Part shown: positions 1 to 8,644 of the stretch, in pieces
Numbering within the stretch: position 1 is the first letter of the stretch
Layout of the letters: each line of letters begins with the position of its first letter
From: an uncultured Chloroflexia bacterium
GTDB lineage: Bacteria; Chloroflexota; Limnocylindria; Limnocylindrales; CSP1-4
Length of the DNA: 21,490 nucleotides
Direction of reading: 5' to 3'
Assembly: GCA_963749705.1 (NCBI GenBank)
Contig: CAVVNQ010000012.1
Span: 1 to 21,490, forward strand
Program-made: the position numbers and the translations under genes
Notes under the pieces: model-generated
What the model was told of the DNA's origin: nothing
The model's database searches: none
Seen by the model: the letters and a program-made list of their open reading frames with translations, nothing else

Positions 1-298
1 TCACGAGCGCCGCGGTTGACGGCATCCAGTAGTCAGGCGTCAGCGTCGCGAGCAGGATGATGTCGATGTCGTCCGGCTCGAGGCCCGCGGTCCGGATCGC
101 CCGCAGGCCCGCGACCGCGCCCATCGACGCGGTGGTCTCGTGGGCCGCCGCGACGCGTCGCTCGCGGATCCCGGTTCGGGACACGATCCACTCGTCGGAC
201 GTGTCGACCATGCGCTCGAGGTCCGCGTTGCTCAGGACCTGGGCCGGCGCATATCGGCCCCACCCGGTCAGCCGGACGGACGTGGCGGAATCGCTCAT
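1..298 (-). CDS. fabH: 3-oxoacyl-ACP synthase III (FabH), 5' part; runs off the window
   Basis: Not in the ORF track. Manual translation from ATG 298 gives MSDSATSVRLTGWGRYAPAQVLSNADLERMVDTSDEWIVSRTGIRERRVAA...DIDIILLATLTPDYWMPSTA, which contains the FabH N-terminal NxDL/DTSDEWIxxRTGIxERR motif. The start overlaps the accB stop (ATGA). Confidence 0.95.
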   Translation of the reverse strand, partial: MSDSATSVRLTGWGRYAPAQVLSNADLERMVDTSDEWIVSRTGIRERRVAAAHETTASMGAVAGLRAIRTAGLEPDDIDIILLATLTPDYWMPSTAALV

Positions 299-960
299 GC
301 AGGCTCGACCTCGATCAGGGGCTGCTTTGCCTTGACCAGCGCGCCGTTGTCCGCACAGATGCGGACCACGCGGCCCGCGAGGTCACTCTTGATCTCGTTG
401 AACAGCTTCATCGCCTCGATGAGCCCGATGATCTGGCCCACGGCGACGTGGTCGCCGACCGCGACGTACGCCGTGGCGCCCGGGGACGGCGCCCCGTAGT
501 AGATCCCGGTGAGCGGCGCCTTGACCGACGGGCGGGCTGGCGGTGCGGGAATCGGGCTCGGGCTCGCGTCGGCGTGACGCTCGGCGGACGGACCGGTCCC
601 TGGCTGCGGGGCGACATCGGCGGCGGCGGTCGCGACGGCGACGGCGGTCCGTTCGACGGCCGATGGCGCGCGAAGCACGATCGTGGTGCCACCGGACGCC
701 ACCTCGAGCTCCCCGAGCTCGGTTCGCTCGAGGACGCCGGTCAGCCGATCGATGAGCGCCAGCAGTGAGGCGTCGGCGCCGGACGTGACGGGGACGGGCG
801 CCGGCTCGGCGGGCACCGCGGTCGGCGCGCCGTCACCGGGACCGACCGCGGTCGGCGCCGCCCCGTCATCGCGAGCCTCGGCCGGCGGCGCGCCGTCACC
901 CGGGCCGACCGCGACCGGGTCCACGAGCGGCTGCGTCCCGGTGACGTTCGTCTCGGACAT
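295..960 (-). CDS. accB: acetyl-CoA carboxylase biotin carboxyl carrier protein (canonical, biotinylatable)
   Basis: C-terminal biotinyl domain VKAPLTGIYY...GQIIGLIEAMKLFNEIKSD with intact EAMK. GGAGGAG RBS before ATG 960. Ala/Pro-rich N-terminal extension. Confidence 0.93.
   Translation of the reverse strand: MSETNVTGTQPLVDPVAVGPGDGAPPAEARDDGAAPTAVGPGDGAPTAVPAEPAPVPVTSGADASLLALIDRLTGVLERTELGELEVASGGTTIVLRAPSAVERTAVAVATAAADVAPQPGTGPSAERHADASPSPIPAPPARPSVKAPLTGIYYGAPSPGATAYVAVGDHVAVGQIIGLIEAMKLFNEIKSDLAGRVVRICADNGALVKAKQPLIEVEPA
824..913. repeat. 27-bp imperfect direct repeat within the accB N-terminal extension (AVGPGDGAP x2)
   Basis: ggcgcgccgtcaccgggaccgaccgcg (824-850) versus ggcgcgccgtcacccgggccgaccgcg (887-913), 25/27 identical. 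Confidence 0.8.
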
Positions 961-992
961 TGGCTCCTCCCGCGGGGACTCCTGCGAGCCGG

Positions 993-2264
993 TCATCCGT
1001 CCCACCGCCGGAACACCAGCGCCGTGTTCTGGCCGCCGAACCCGAACGAGTTCGAGATCCCGGCGTGCAGCGGGCGCCGGGTCGCGACGTTCGGGGTCAG
1101 GTCCAGGCCGGCAGCGTATGCATCGGGTGCGTCGAGGTTGATGGTCGGCGGGACGCATCCTTCGCGCAGCGCCATGATCGTGGCGATGGCCTCGATCGCG
1201 CCCGCGGCGCCCAGGGTATGCCCGATCATCGACTTGTTGGCGGTGACCGCCACCTTCGAGGCGTGGTCGCCGAAGATGGTGCGGATGGCCTGGAGCTCCG
1301 CCTTGTCCCCCTCCGGGGTCGAGGTCGCGTGGGCGTTGACGTGATCGATGTCGGCCGGCTCCATGCCCGCCTTGTCGAGGGCGCGCTGCGCGGCACGGAC
1401 CGCCCCGATCCCCCCGGGTGCCGGAAGCGTGATGTGCGATGCATCGGCCGTCGCGCCGTAGCCCACCAGCTCGGCCAGCGGGGTCGCGCCGCGGGCCTCG
1501 GCGCTCTCGAGCGCCTCGAGGATGACGACGCCGCCACCCTCCCCGATCACGAACCCGTCGCGACCCTGGTCGAACGGCCGTGATGCCGCGGCCGGGTCGT
1601 CGTTGCGCGTGGACAGCGCCTTCATGGACGCGAACCCGCCCATCGTCGCCTCGTGGATCCCGGCCTCCACGCCGCCCGCGATCATGAGGTCCGCATCGCC
1701 ACGCCGGATGGTCTCCCACGCCTCGCCCAGGGCATGGCCCCCGGTGGCGCAGGCGGACACCGTTGCGAAGTTGGGTCCGGTCGCACCGACCGCGATCGCC
1801 ACCTGCCCGGCACCGACGTTGGCGATGCCCATGGGGATGAAGAACGGGGAGATCCGGTCCGGTCCGCGCTCCCCCATCACCAGCACGTTCTCGAACAGCG
1901 TCGACACGCCGCCCAGCCCCGAGCCGACGATCACGCCCGTGCGCGCCGCGCGTTCCCCCTCGAGGCGGCCGGGCAAGCCGGCCGAATCGAGCGCCTGGCG
2001 CGCGGTGACGAGCGCGAACTGGATGTACCGGTCCGTCCGCCGGCGCTCCTTGCGATCCAGCACGTCCGAGGGATCGAAGTCCTTGACCTCGGCGGCGACC
2101 TGCGAGTCGAGGCGGGACGGGTCAAACAGGGTCACGCGGGCGATGCCCGACCGCCCGGCGACGAGGCCGGCCCAGGTCGACTCGACGTCGTTGCCGACGG
2201 CGGACAGGGCGCCCATGCCCGTGACCACCACGCGCCGCGGCCGGCTGGGCCAGGTCCAGGTCAT
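993..2264 (-). CDS. fabF: 3-oxoacyl-ACP synthase II (FabF)
   Basis: RRVVVTGMG N-terminus, catalytic SACATG, HVNAHATST, KSMIGHTLGAAG and SNSFGFGGQN motifs. ATG overlaps the upstream stop. Confidence 0.96.
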   Translation of the reverse strand: MTWTWPSRPRRVVVTGMGALSAVGNDVESTWAGLVAGRSGIARVTLFDPSRLDSQVAAEVKDFDPSDVLDRKERRRTDRYIQFALVTARQALDSAGLPGRLEGERAARTGVIVGSGLGGVSTLFENVLVMGERGPDRISPFFIPMGIANVGAGQVAIAVGATGPNFATVSACATGGHALGEAWETIRRGDADLMIAGGVEAGIHEATMGGFASMKALSTRNDDPAAASRPFDQGRDGFVIGEGGGVVILEALESAEARGATPLAELVGYGATADASHITLPAPGGIGAVRAAQRALDKAGMEPADIDHVNAHATSTPEGDKAELQAIRTIFGDHASKVAVTANKSMIGHTLGAAGAIEAIATIMALREGCVPPTINLDAPDAYAAGLDLTPNVATRRPLHAGISNSFGFGGQNTALVFRRWDG

Positions 2265-3007
2265 CGCACCAGCTTCCCGGTGCGCACGGTCGCGGCCCGG
2301 TACACGTCCCCCGGCAGCCCGCGCGCCGAGATCGCGTTGGCGACGGACATCGCGTCGAACTCGGTGCGCCGGATCTCCGCGACGACCTCGCCGTCCTCGA
2401 TCGTCACCAGCGCCCACGACGCGGTCGGGTCGCCGTCGAACACGTAACCCGCGCTGCCGTCGTTGACGATCACCTTCCAGCCGAGGTCGCGGACCTCGGG
2501 CACGTGCGTGTGACCGACGCACACCACGCGTGCATCGGTGGCGCTGACGCGGTCGAGGATCACGTTGGCGTCGAGCGCCTGGTCGAACCCGCGCGTCTGC
2601 GACCCGGGCGACGCGTGGACGACGAGCACGAGCGTGTCGTCTGCGGTGCGCAGCCGGCGTTCCGCGGGCAGCCGCCGGAGCCAGCCAAGCTGGTCCTCGG
2701 TCAGCTCATCGTGGGCCCATTCGGCCGCGATCTGGACCGCGTCCGGCACGCCATCCGCGTACTGCGGGAAGGCAGCGCCGTAGTCGAAGTCGGCGACCGC
2801 GATGTCCGTGTTTCCCGACACGATCAGGGCACCTTCGGCGTCGAGGGCCCTGAGCGCGTCGACCGCGCCGCCGGGGTCCGGCCCGTTGAGCACCAGGTCG
2901 CCCGCCACGAGGATCGCATCGGGCGAGGCGTCGCGGATCGCGGCCAGCGTCGCCTCGAGCGCGATCAGGTTGCCGTGGACGTCCGAGAGGACCGCGAGGC
3001 GGGTCAT
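2261..3007 (-). CDS. calcineurin-like metallophosphoesterase (YfcE/MJ0936-like)
   Basis: Motifs SDVHGN, GDLV, GNTD, HASP, GHTH and NDGSAG. 4-bp overlaps with fabZ and fabF. Confidence 0.9.
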   Translation of the reverse strand: MTRLAVLSDVHGNLIALEATLAAIRDASPDAILVAGDLVLNGPDPGGAVDALRALDAEGALIVSGNTDIAVADFDYGAAFPQYADGVPDAVQIAAEWAHDELTEDQLGWLRRLPAERRLRTADDTLVLVVHASPGSQTRGFDQALDANVILDRVSATDARVVCVGHTHVPEVRDLGWKVIVNDGSAGYVFDGDPTASWALVTIEDGEVVAEIRRTEFDAMSVANAISARGLPGDVYRAATVRTGKLVR

Positions 3008-3483
3008 CGCAGCGCCCCGGCCGGCGGGATGATGAAGCTCAGCAGGCCCTCGCACGCGACCTCGCCGTCGACCGACGCGACCCCGCGTCCCTTGCCGAAG
3101 CGGCGGCCCAGCTTGTCCATCGTGACCTCGAGCCGCACCACGTCGCCCGGGACGACGACCCGCTTGAAGCGGACCTCGTCGATGCCGGCGAACAGGCCGA
3201 TCCGATCCCCGAAGCCGGGCTGCCGTGCGACGTAGACGGCCATCGTCTGGGCCAGCGCCTCGACCTGGAGGACACCCGGCATCACCGGCAGCCCGGGAAA
3301 GTGACCCTGGAAGAACCATTCGGTCGCGGTGACGGCCTTGATGCCCACGATGCGCTTTGCGTCCGGGTCGTAGTCCACGATCCGGTCCACCAGCAGGAAC
3401 GGCCAGCGGTGCGGGATGAGTCCCTCGATCTCGCGCACGGAGTGCACGGTCTCGGCGGCGGACGCGGGGTTGGCTTCGGTCAC
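3004..3483 (-). CDS. fabZ: 3-hydroxyacyl-ACP dehydratase FabZ
   Basis: IPHRWPFLLVD and FFQGHFPGLPVMPGVLQVEALAQ motifs. GTG start at 3483 chosen from the upstream GGAG. Confidence 0.95.
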   Translation of the reverse strand: MTEANPASAAETVHSVREIEGLIPHRWPFLLVDRIVDYDPDAKRIVGIKAVTATEWFFQGHFPGLPVMPGVLQVEALAQTMAVYVARQPGFGDRIGLFAGIDEVRFKRVVVPGDVVRLEVTMDKLGRRFGKGRGVASVDGEVACEGLLSFIIPPAGALR

Positions 3484-3568
3484 GGGCAGCTCCAGACGGG
3501 GGTCGGCTGAGTGTCGCGCACCACCCGGGCGGCGCGCATGGCGGTCGATGCAGGGGTGCAAGCGGGGC

Positions 3569-4936
3569 TCACGATCGTTCGAAGCCTTCGAGGAAGGCGC
3601 CGCTGCCCACGCGGTCGAGGAGGTTGGTGGTGAACTTGCCTTCGAGGAACGGCTCGGAGTCGAGCAGCGCCCGGTGGATCTGGGCGTTGGTGATCACGCC
3701 TTCGATCACGAGCTCGCCCAGGGCAGCCCGGCCGCGGGCGATCGCCGCGTCGCGATCGGGGCCCCAGACCACGAGCTTGCCCAGCAGGGAGTCGTAGAAC
3801 GGCGGCACCTCGTAGCCGGCGTACGCGTGGGTGTCGAACCGGACACCGGGCCCCCCGGGCGCGTTGAACCGCTCGATCGTGCCCGCGCCGGGCCGGAAGT
3901 CGTGCTCCGGATCCTCGGCGTTGATCCGGAACTCGATCGCGTGGCCACGCTGTTCGATGTCCGCCTGGGTGAAGCCCAGCGGCTCGCCGGCGGCGATCCG
4001 GATCTGGGTTGCCACGAGGTCCATCCCGGTCAGCATCTCGGTCACCGGGTGCTCGACCTGGATCCGGCAGTTGATCTCGATGAAGTACGCGTTGCCGTCG
4101 CCGTCGACCAGGAACTCGAGCGTGCCGAGGTTCTCGTAGCCCGCCGCGACGACCGCGCGGATGGCCCGTTCGGCAAGCTCGAGGCGGCCGGCGGCGGACA
4201 TCGCGGGCGATGGTGACTCCTCGAGGATCTTCTGGTGGCGGCGCTGGACCGAGCAGTCGCGCTCCCACATGTGGACACCGTTGCCGAACCGGTCCACGGC
4301 GACCTGGACCTCGATGTGCCGGTTGTCCTCGAGCCATCGCTCCAGGTACAGCGCATCGTCACCGAAGGCCGCCTTCGCCTCGGACCGGCAGATCGGCAGC
4401 ACGGCCGCCAGCTCGCGCGGGGAACGGACCATCCGCATGCCCTTGCCGCCGCCGCCGGCGGACGGCTTGATCAGCACCGGGTATCCGATCTGCTCCGCCT
4501 GCGCGAGCGAATCCGTCTCGTCGCCCAGCAGGCCCGAGCCCGGGATCGTCGGCAGCCCGTGGGCGGCCATGAGGCGGCGCGTCTCCTCCTTGGAGGCAAA
4601 TCGCTCGAGCACGTGGGCGGGCGGCCCGATGAACGTGAGGTCGTGGGCGCGAACGACCTCGGCGAACGCGTCGTCCTCGCTCAGGAACCCGTATCCCGGA
4701 TGGACGGCGTCGCAACCGGTGACGACCGCAGCCGAGATCACCGCGGGCGCGGACAGGTAGGAGCGCCGGGCATCGGCAGGCCCGATGCAGATGGCCTCGT
4801 CGGCGAGCATCGCGGGCAGCGAATCGCGGTCCGCCTCGGAGTACGCGACGACCGCCTCGATCCCCAGCGTCCGGCACGCACGGAGGATGCGCAGGGCGAT
4901 CTCGCCGCGGTTCGCGATCAGGATCCGGCTCACCAT
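3569..4936 (-). CDS. accC: biotin carboxylase subunit of acetyl-CoA carboxylase
   Basis: ILIANRGEIA, HPGYGFLSE, GGGGKGMR, ERDCSVQRRHQK, RIQVEHPVTE and RINAED motifs. Confidence 0.96.
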   Translation of the reverse strand: MVSRILIANRGEIALRILRACRTLGIEAVVAYSEADRDSLPAMLADEAICIGPADARRSYLSAPAVISAAVVTGCDAVHPGYGFLSEDDAFAEVVRAHDLTFIGPPAHVLERFASKEETRRLMAAHGLPTIPGSGLLGDETDSLAQAEQIGYPVLIKPSAGGGGKGMRMVRSPRELAAVLPICRSEAKAAFGDDALYLERWLEDNRHIEVQVAVDRFGNGVHMWERDCSVQRRHQKILEESPSPAMSAAGRLELAERAIRAVVAAGYENLGTLEFLVDGDGNAYFIEINCRIQVEHPVTEMLTGMDLVATQIRIAAGEPLGFTQADIEQRGHAIEFRINAEDPEHDFRPGAGTIERFNAPGGPGVRFDTHAYAGYEVPPFYDSLLGKLVVWGPDRDAAIARGRAALGELVIEGVITNAQIHRALLDSEPFLEGKFTTNLLDRVGSGAFLEGFERS

Positions 4937-4939
4937 CGG

Positions 4940-5518
4940 TCAGGCACCCCCGGCCGGGTCGCCGGCACGATCGGCGCCGGAGGGGTCCGCCTCGATCGTC
5001 GCGATGGGCTCGCCGTACTCGACCGCCTCGCCACCCGGGACGAGGACCTCCACCAGCGTCCCGTCGATCGGCGCGACCACGTCCTGCGGGATGCCCAGGA
5101 GGTCCACGATCCCGATCCGGTCACCGGCGCGAACCCGGGTGCCGGGCTGGGCACCGGGCCTGAACACGCCGACGGCCGGCGACAGCGCCATCGACCGATT
5201 GGGCGTCGGCGCCTCGCGGGTCGGGTCAGCCGGCGCGGTTGCTGCCTCGCGCGGGCTGCGGCCATCGCGCTCGAGCGCATGGGGTGCGGTCCGGATGCGA
5301 TCGGCGCGGCGCCCGGACGGCGATGCCGCGGCGGTGCCGGTCGATCGCCGGAGGCGCACGCGCCAGTCGCCCTCGCGGACCTCGAGCTCGCCCAGGCCGC
5401 TCGTGTTGAGCTTCTGGACCAGGGCGGGCACGAGGGTCTCGGCGAGCCGCGCCAGCCCGGCGTGATCCGCCTCCCGCTGCTCCGGGGTGCGCTCGCCTTG
5501 CGTGTGGGGATCGGGCAT
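4940..5518 (-). CDS. AccB/BCCP-like protein lacking the biotinylated lysine (BADC-like)
   Basis: AccB-type N-terminus (LNTSGLGELEVREGDWRVRLRR), a linker and a biotinyl-fold C-terminus (SPAVGVF...GDRIGIVDLLGIPQDVVAPIDG...VEYGEP). EAMK is replaced by DLLG. Confidence 0.85.
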   Translation of the reverse strand: MPDPHTQGERTPEQREADHAGLARLAETLVPALVQKLNTSGLGELEVREGDWRVRLRRSTGTAAASPSGRRADRIRTAPHALERDGRSPREAATAPADPTREAPTPNRSMALSPAVGVFRPGAQPGTRVRAGDRIGIVDLLGIPQDVVAPIDGTLVEVLVPGGEAVEYGEPIATIEADPSGADRAGDPAGGA

Positions 5519-5521
5519 CGC

Positions 5522-6553
5522 CTAGACGTCCTCGCGGGCTGGTGGCTCGTCGCGTCGCCCCACCGGGAGCGGCGGCGCGGGGATGGCCCGCTGGCCGGCC
5601 TCGATGAGCCCACGGATCCGATCCGCGAGCCCGGTGCGGGGCGGGGTGATCGGCGCCGGCGCCGGGCCGGCAAGCTCGGTGAACGCGCCAAAGGAACGGT
5701 ACCGGCGATAGCGCTCGTCGACCAGGCGATCGAGCGGGATCGCGGCCAGCCGGTCGAGCTGCTCGAGGATCACGACCTTGAGCCGGCGGGCCGTCTCGGC
5801 CGGATCCGCGTGCGCGCCCTCGCCGGGCTCCGGGATCACGATGTCGACGACACCCAGCTCGCGCTGGTCGTCGGCCGTCATCCGCATCGCCAGCGCCGCC
5901 GTCGGCGCCTCGTCGGCCGTCCGCCACAGGATGCTGGCACACCCCTCGGGCGAGATGACCGCGTACACCGCGTTCTCGAGCGCGAGCACGACATCGCCCA
6001 CCGCGATCGCGAGCGCCCCACCGGACCCGCCCTCGCCGGTGATCACGGTCACGATCGGCGTCCGCAGCCGGGTCATCAGCCCGACCGAGCGTGCGATGGC
6101 ATCGGCGATGCCGCGCTCCTCGGACTCCGATCCGGGGTGCGCGCCGGGAACGTCGACGAAGGTGACCACCGGGAGCCCGCAGCGCTCGGCCAGCTCCATC
6201 ACCCGCATCGCCTTGCGATAGCCCTCGGGATGCGGCATCCCGAAGTTGCGCCGGACGTTCTCCTCGGTGTCCGCGCCCTTCTGCTGGCCGATGACGGCGA
6301 CGCGGCGGCCCTCGATCCGGGCCAGGCCGGCCACGATGGCCTCGTCGTCGCCGAACAGCCGGTCGCCGTGGAGCTCGATGAACTCGTCGGCGATGACGGC
6401 GAGGATCTCGTTGATCCGCGGCCGGCGCAGGTTCCGGGCGAGCTGGACACGCGCCCAGACGGCCGCCTTCGGGTCGGCGGCGACCTCCTCGACCGCGTCG
6501 TCGCCGTGCTGGTCGTGGCCATCCCTGCCCCGACCGAGGATCCGGTCAACCAT
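5522..6553 (-). CDS. accA: acetyl-CoA carboxylase carboxyltransferase alpha subunit
   Basis: ELHGDRLFGDD, RNFGMPHPEGYRKAMR, GEGGSGGALA and ISPEGCASILW motifs. The start overlaps the end of accD. Confidence 0.96.
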   Translation of the reverse strand: MVDRILGRGRDGHDQHGDDAVEEVAADPKAAVWARVQLARNLRRPRINEILAVIADEFIELHGDRLFGDDEAIVAGLARIEGRRVAVIGQQKGADTEENVRRNFGMPHPEGYRKAMRVMELAERCGLPVVTFVDVPGAHPGSESEERGIADAIARSVGLMTRLRTPIVTVITGEGGSGGALAIAVGDVVLALENAVYAVISPEGCASILWRTADEAPTAALAMRMTADDQRELGVVDIVIPEPGEGAHADPAETARRLKVVILEQLDRLAAIPLDRLVDERYRRYRSFGAFTELAGPAPAPITPPRTGLADRIRGLIEAGQRAIPAPPLPVGRRDEPPAREDV

Positions 6554-7397
6554 TTGCGGCCTCCGCGGGATGCGGCGCAAGGAAGCGGAGCAGCTGGGCG
6601 AGCTCCCGTCGCAGGTCCGGGCGCTGGACGACACGGTCGACGAAGCCGTGGCGGAACAGGAACTCGGCGCGCTGGAAGCCCGGCGGGAGCTCCTGGCCGA
6701 TGGTCCCCGCGCCGACCCGGGCGCCCGCGAACCCGATCAGGGCGTTGGGCTCGGCGAGGTTGACGTCGCCCGTCGCCGCGTACGACGCGAACACGCCACC
6801 CGAGGTGGGGTCCGACATCACCGATACGAATGGGACGTGCGCCGGGCGCAGGCGCTCGATGGCGGCCATCGTCTTGGCCAGCTGCATCAGCGCCAGCGAG
6901 CCCTCCTGCATCCGCGCACCCCCGGACGCGGACACGATGACCAGCGGGACGCGCTCGGCCAGCGCGCCTTCGGCTGCCCGCGCCACCTTCTCGCCCACGA
7001 CGGCGCCCATCGAGCCGCCCATGAACGCGAAGTCCATGACGACGATGGCGATCCGCTGGCCCTCGATCCGGGCGAAGCCCCACACGGCCGCGTCGCGCAG
7101 GCCGGTCGCGAGCTGGGCCGCGGCAATCCGGTCCGGGTAGGGCTTCTGGTCCACGAACCCGAGCGGGTCGAGGCTGACCAGCCCGGCGTCCTGCTCCTCG
7201 AATGTCCCCTCGTCGAGCAGCTGGGCGAGCCGTGCACCGGCGGACAGCCGGAAGTGGTGACCGCACGACGGGCACACGCTCATCGCCTTCTCGAGCTGCT
7301 TGTTGAACAGCTGCTCCTCGCACGATGGACAGCGCGTCCACATCTTCTCGGGATAGGTCTCGCGCCGGGACCGGAACGAGGGAAAGCGCATCGGCAT
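6546..7397 (-). CDS. accD: acetyl-CoA carboxylase carboxyltransferase beta subunit
   Basis: Zinc ribbon CPSC...CPSC, FMGGSMG, SGGARMQEG, PTSGGVFAS and FQRAEFL motifs. The start could be 7397 or 7391. Confidence 0.96.
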   Translation of the reverse strand: MPMRFPSFRSRRETYPEKMWTRCPSCEEQLFNKQLEKAMSVCPSCGHHFRLSAGARLAQLLDEGTFEEQDAGLVSLDPLGFVDQKPYPDRIAAAQLATGLRDAAVWGFARIEGQRIAIVVMDFAFMGGSMGAVVGEKVARAAEGALAERVPLVIVSASGGARMQEGSLALMQLAKTMAAIERLRPAHVPFVSVMSDPTSGGVFASYAATGDVNLAEPNALIGFAGARVGAGTIGQELPPGFQRAEFLFRHGFVDRVVQRPDLRRELAQLLRFLAPHPAEAANG

Positions 7398-7999
7398 CAG
7401 GCAGGCCCTCCGATGCCGCCGCTCGACAGGCCCACCGGGGCGGGCGGGCCGGGGTGGGCGGCGCGGCCGGGCAACGGGAGCGCGGTCCGTCCGGCCGACG
7501 CGCGGCTGGCGCGCCAGGCCACCCAGGCGACGCCGACGATCGAGATCGCTGCCGACGTCAGCGCCCCGCCGACGATCAACGGGCGGCGCGTGGCGGGGAG
7601 GTGCGGTGCGTCGGGCATCGTCGTCTCGTCGGCCGGGTCCGCGTCCCCGGCGATGATCGCGGCCAGCCACGGGTCGACGGCCTCACGACCCGCGCCCGCG
7701 GGCGGGAACGGGAGCAGCGCCCCGCCACCACCGGCTGCACCTGCGCCACCTCCCTGGGCGACCGCGAACGCCGCCAGGCGGGTCGCCAGGCGCTCCTCGA
7801 ATCGGAACGAGGGATGGACGCGGACGAGGGCCCGGCGGAGCAACCGCGCGGCATCGCGGATCTCGGGGGCGAGGACGGCATCGGCCGGCGCGTCGTCCGC
7901 ATGGCGCTCCGCGGCGGCGAGCAGCGCGTCCAGGTACCGGTCGACGACCAGCGCCTCGACCGCGTCGTGATCTCGCGGCGTCCCGCTGCCCCCGATCAC
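7397..7999 (-). CDS. hypothetical single-pass membrane protein, putative anti-sigma factor
   Basis: The start overlaps the sigma stop (GTGA) and the stop overlaps the accD ATG. Helical N-terminus with PSFRFEERLATRL and one hydrophobic segment, LIVGGALTSAAISIVGVAWVAW. The function is inferred from position and topology. Confidence 0.7.
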   Translation of the reverse strand: MIGGSGTPRDHDAVEALVVDRYLDALLAAAERHADDAPADAVLAPEIRDAARLLRRALVRVHPSFRFEERLATRLAAFAVAQGGGAGAAGGGGALLPFPPAGAGREAVDPWLAAIIAGDADPADETTMPDAPHLPATRRPLIVGGALTSAAISIVGVAWVAWRASRASAGRTALPLPGRAAHPGPPAPVGLSSGGIGGPA

Positions 8000-8640
8000 G
8001 AGCGACCGGTCCGGCGATCCCGCCCGAGCTCCCGGGCGACGGCGCCCAGGGCACGATGGATCAGGACCCGGACCGCGCCCTCGGACCGGCCCAGGACCGC
8101 GGCGATCTCGGCGGTGCTCATCTCGTCCACGAACCGCAGCAGGAGGGCACGCCGCCGGTCCTCCGGCAGGCCGCGGAGCGCCCGCAGCGCCTCGGATGCC
8201 TCGTCGCGCGTGGTCGCCTGGCCCTCGAGGTCCATCCGGTCCGGGATCGAGAGGCCCGCGCCGAGCGCCGTGTCCAGCGAGGTCTCCGGCCGCCGGCGGC
8301 GGCTCCGGCGCTCATTGGCGATCACGTTGCGGGCAATCCGGAACAGCCACACGCGGAAGGTCGATGCCTCCGGGCCATCCGCGACCTGCGCCTGCTCGCG
8401 GAACCCGGGCATCGCGGCAAGCGCGCGCAGGAACGTCCGCTCGGTCGCGTCCTCGGCGGCGTGATGGTCGGCGAGCTCATAGAGCGCGTAGGCGTACACC
8501 TGGGCCACGTACTTCCGGTACAGGGGGTCGAATCGGGCCGGATCGCGGCGGGCCGCCTCCACGAGGACCCGGTCGCGGTCGAGCGCAACGACGCCTCCCC
8601 TCGTCGGCTGCTCTCGTCTACCAAACACCGGGCGGGCCAT
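7996..8640 (-). CDS. ECF-type sigma-70 family RNA polymerase sigma factor
   Basis: Region 2 (AEDATERTFLRAL...FRVWLFRIARN) and region 4 (LPEDRRRALLLRFVDEMSTAEIAAVLGRSEGAVRVLIHRA). No region 1 or 3. Confidence 0.92.
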   Translation of the reverse strand: MARPVFGRREQPTRGGVVALDRDRVLVEAARRDPARFDPLYRKYVAQVYAYALYELADHHAAEDATERTFLRALAAMPGFREQAQVADGPEASTFRVWLFRIARNVIANERRSRRRRPETSLDTALGAGLSIPDRMDLEGQATTRDEASEALRALRGLPEDRRRALLLRFVDEMSTAEIAAVLGRSEGAVRVLIHRALGAVARELGRDRRTGRS

Positions 8641-8644
8641 CGCG

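Noticed and set aside
295-1719. Extended ORF-track starts (474-aa AccB, 582-aa TrpS, 410-aa hydrolase, 478-aa ThrB, 493-aa Hom)
   Set aside because: The extensions overlap neighbouring genes or intergenic elements in non-coding frames. RBS, overlap and motif evidence supports the shorter starts.
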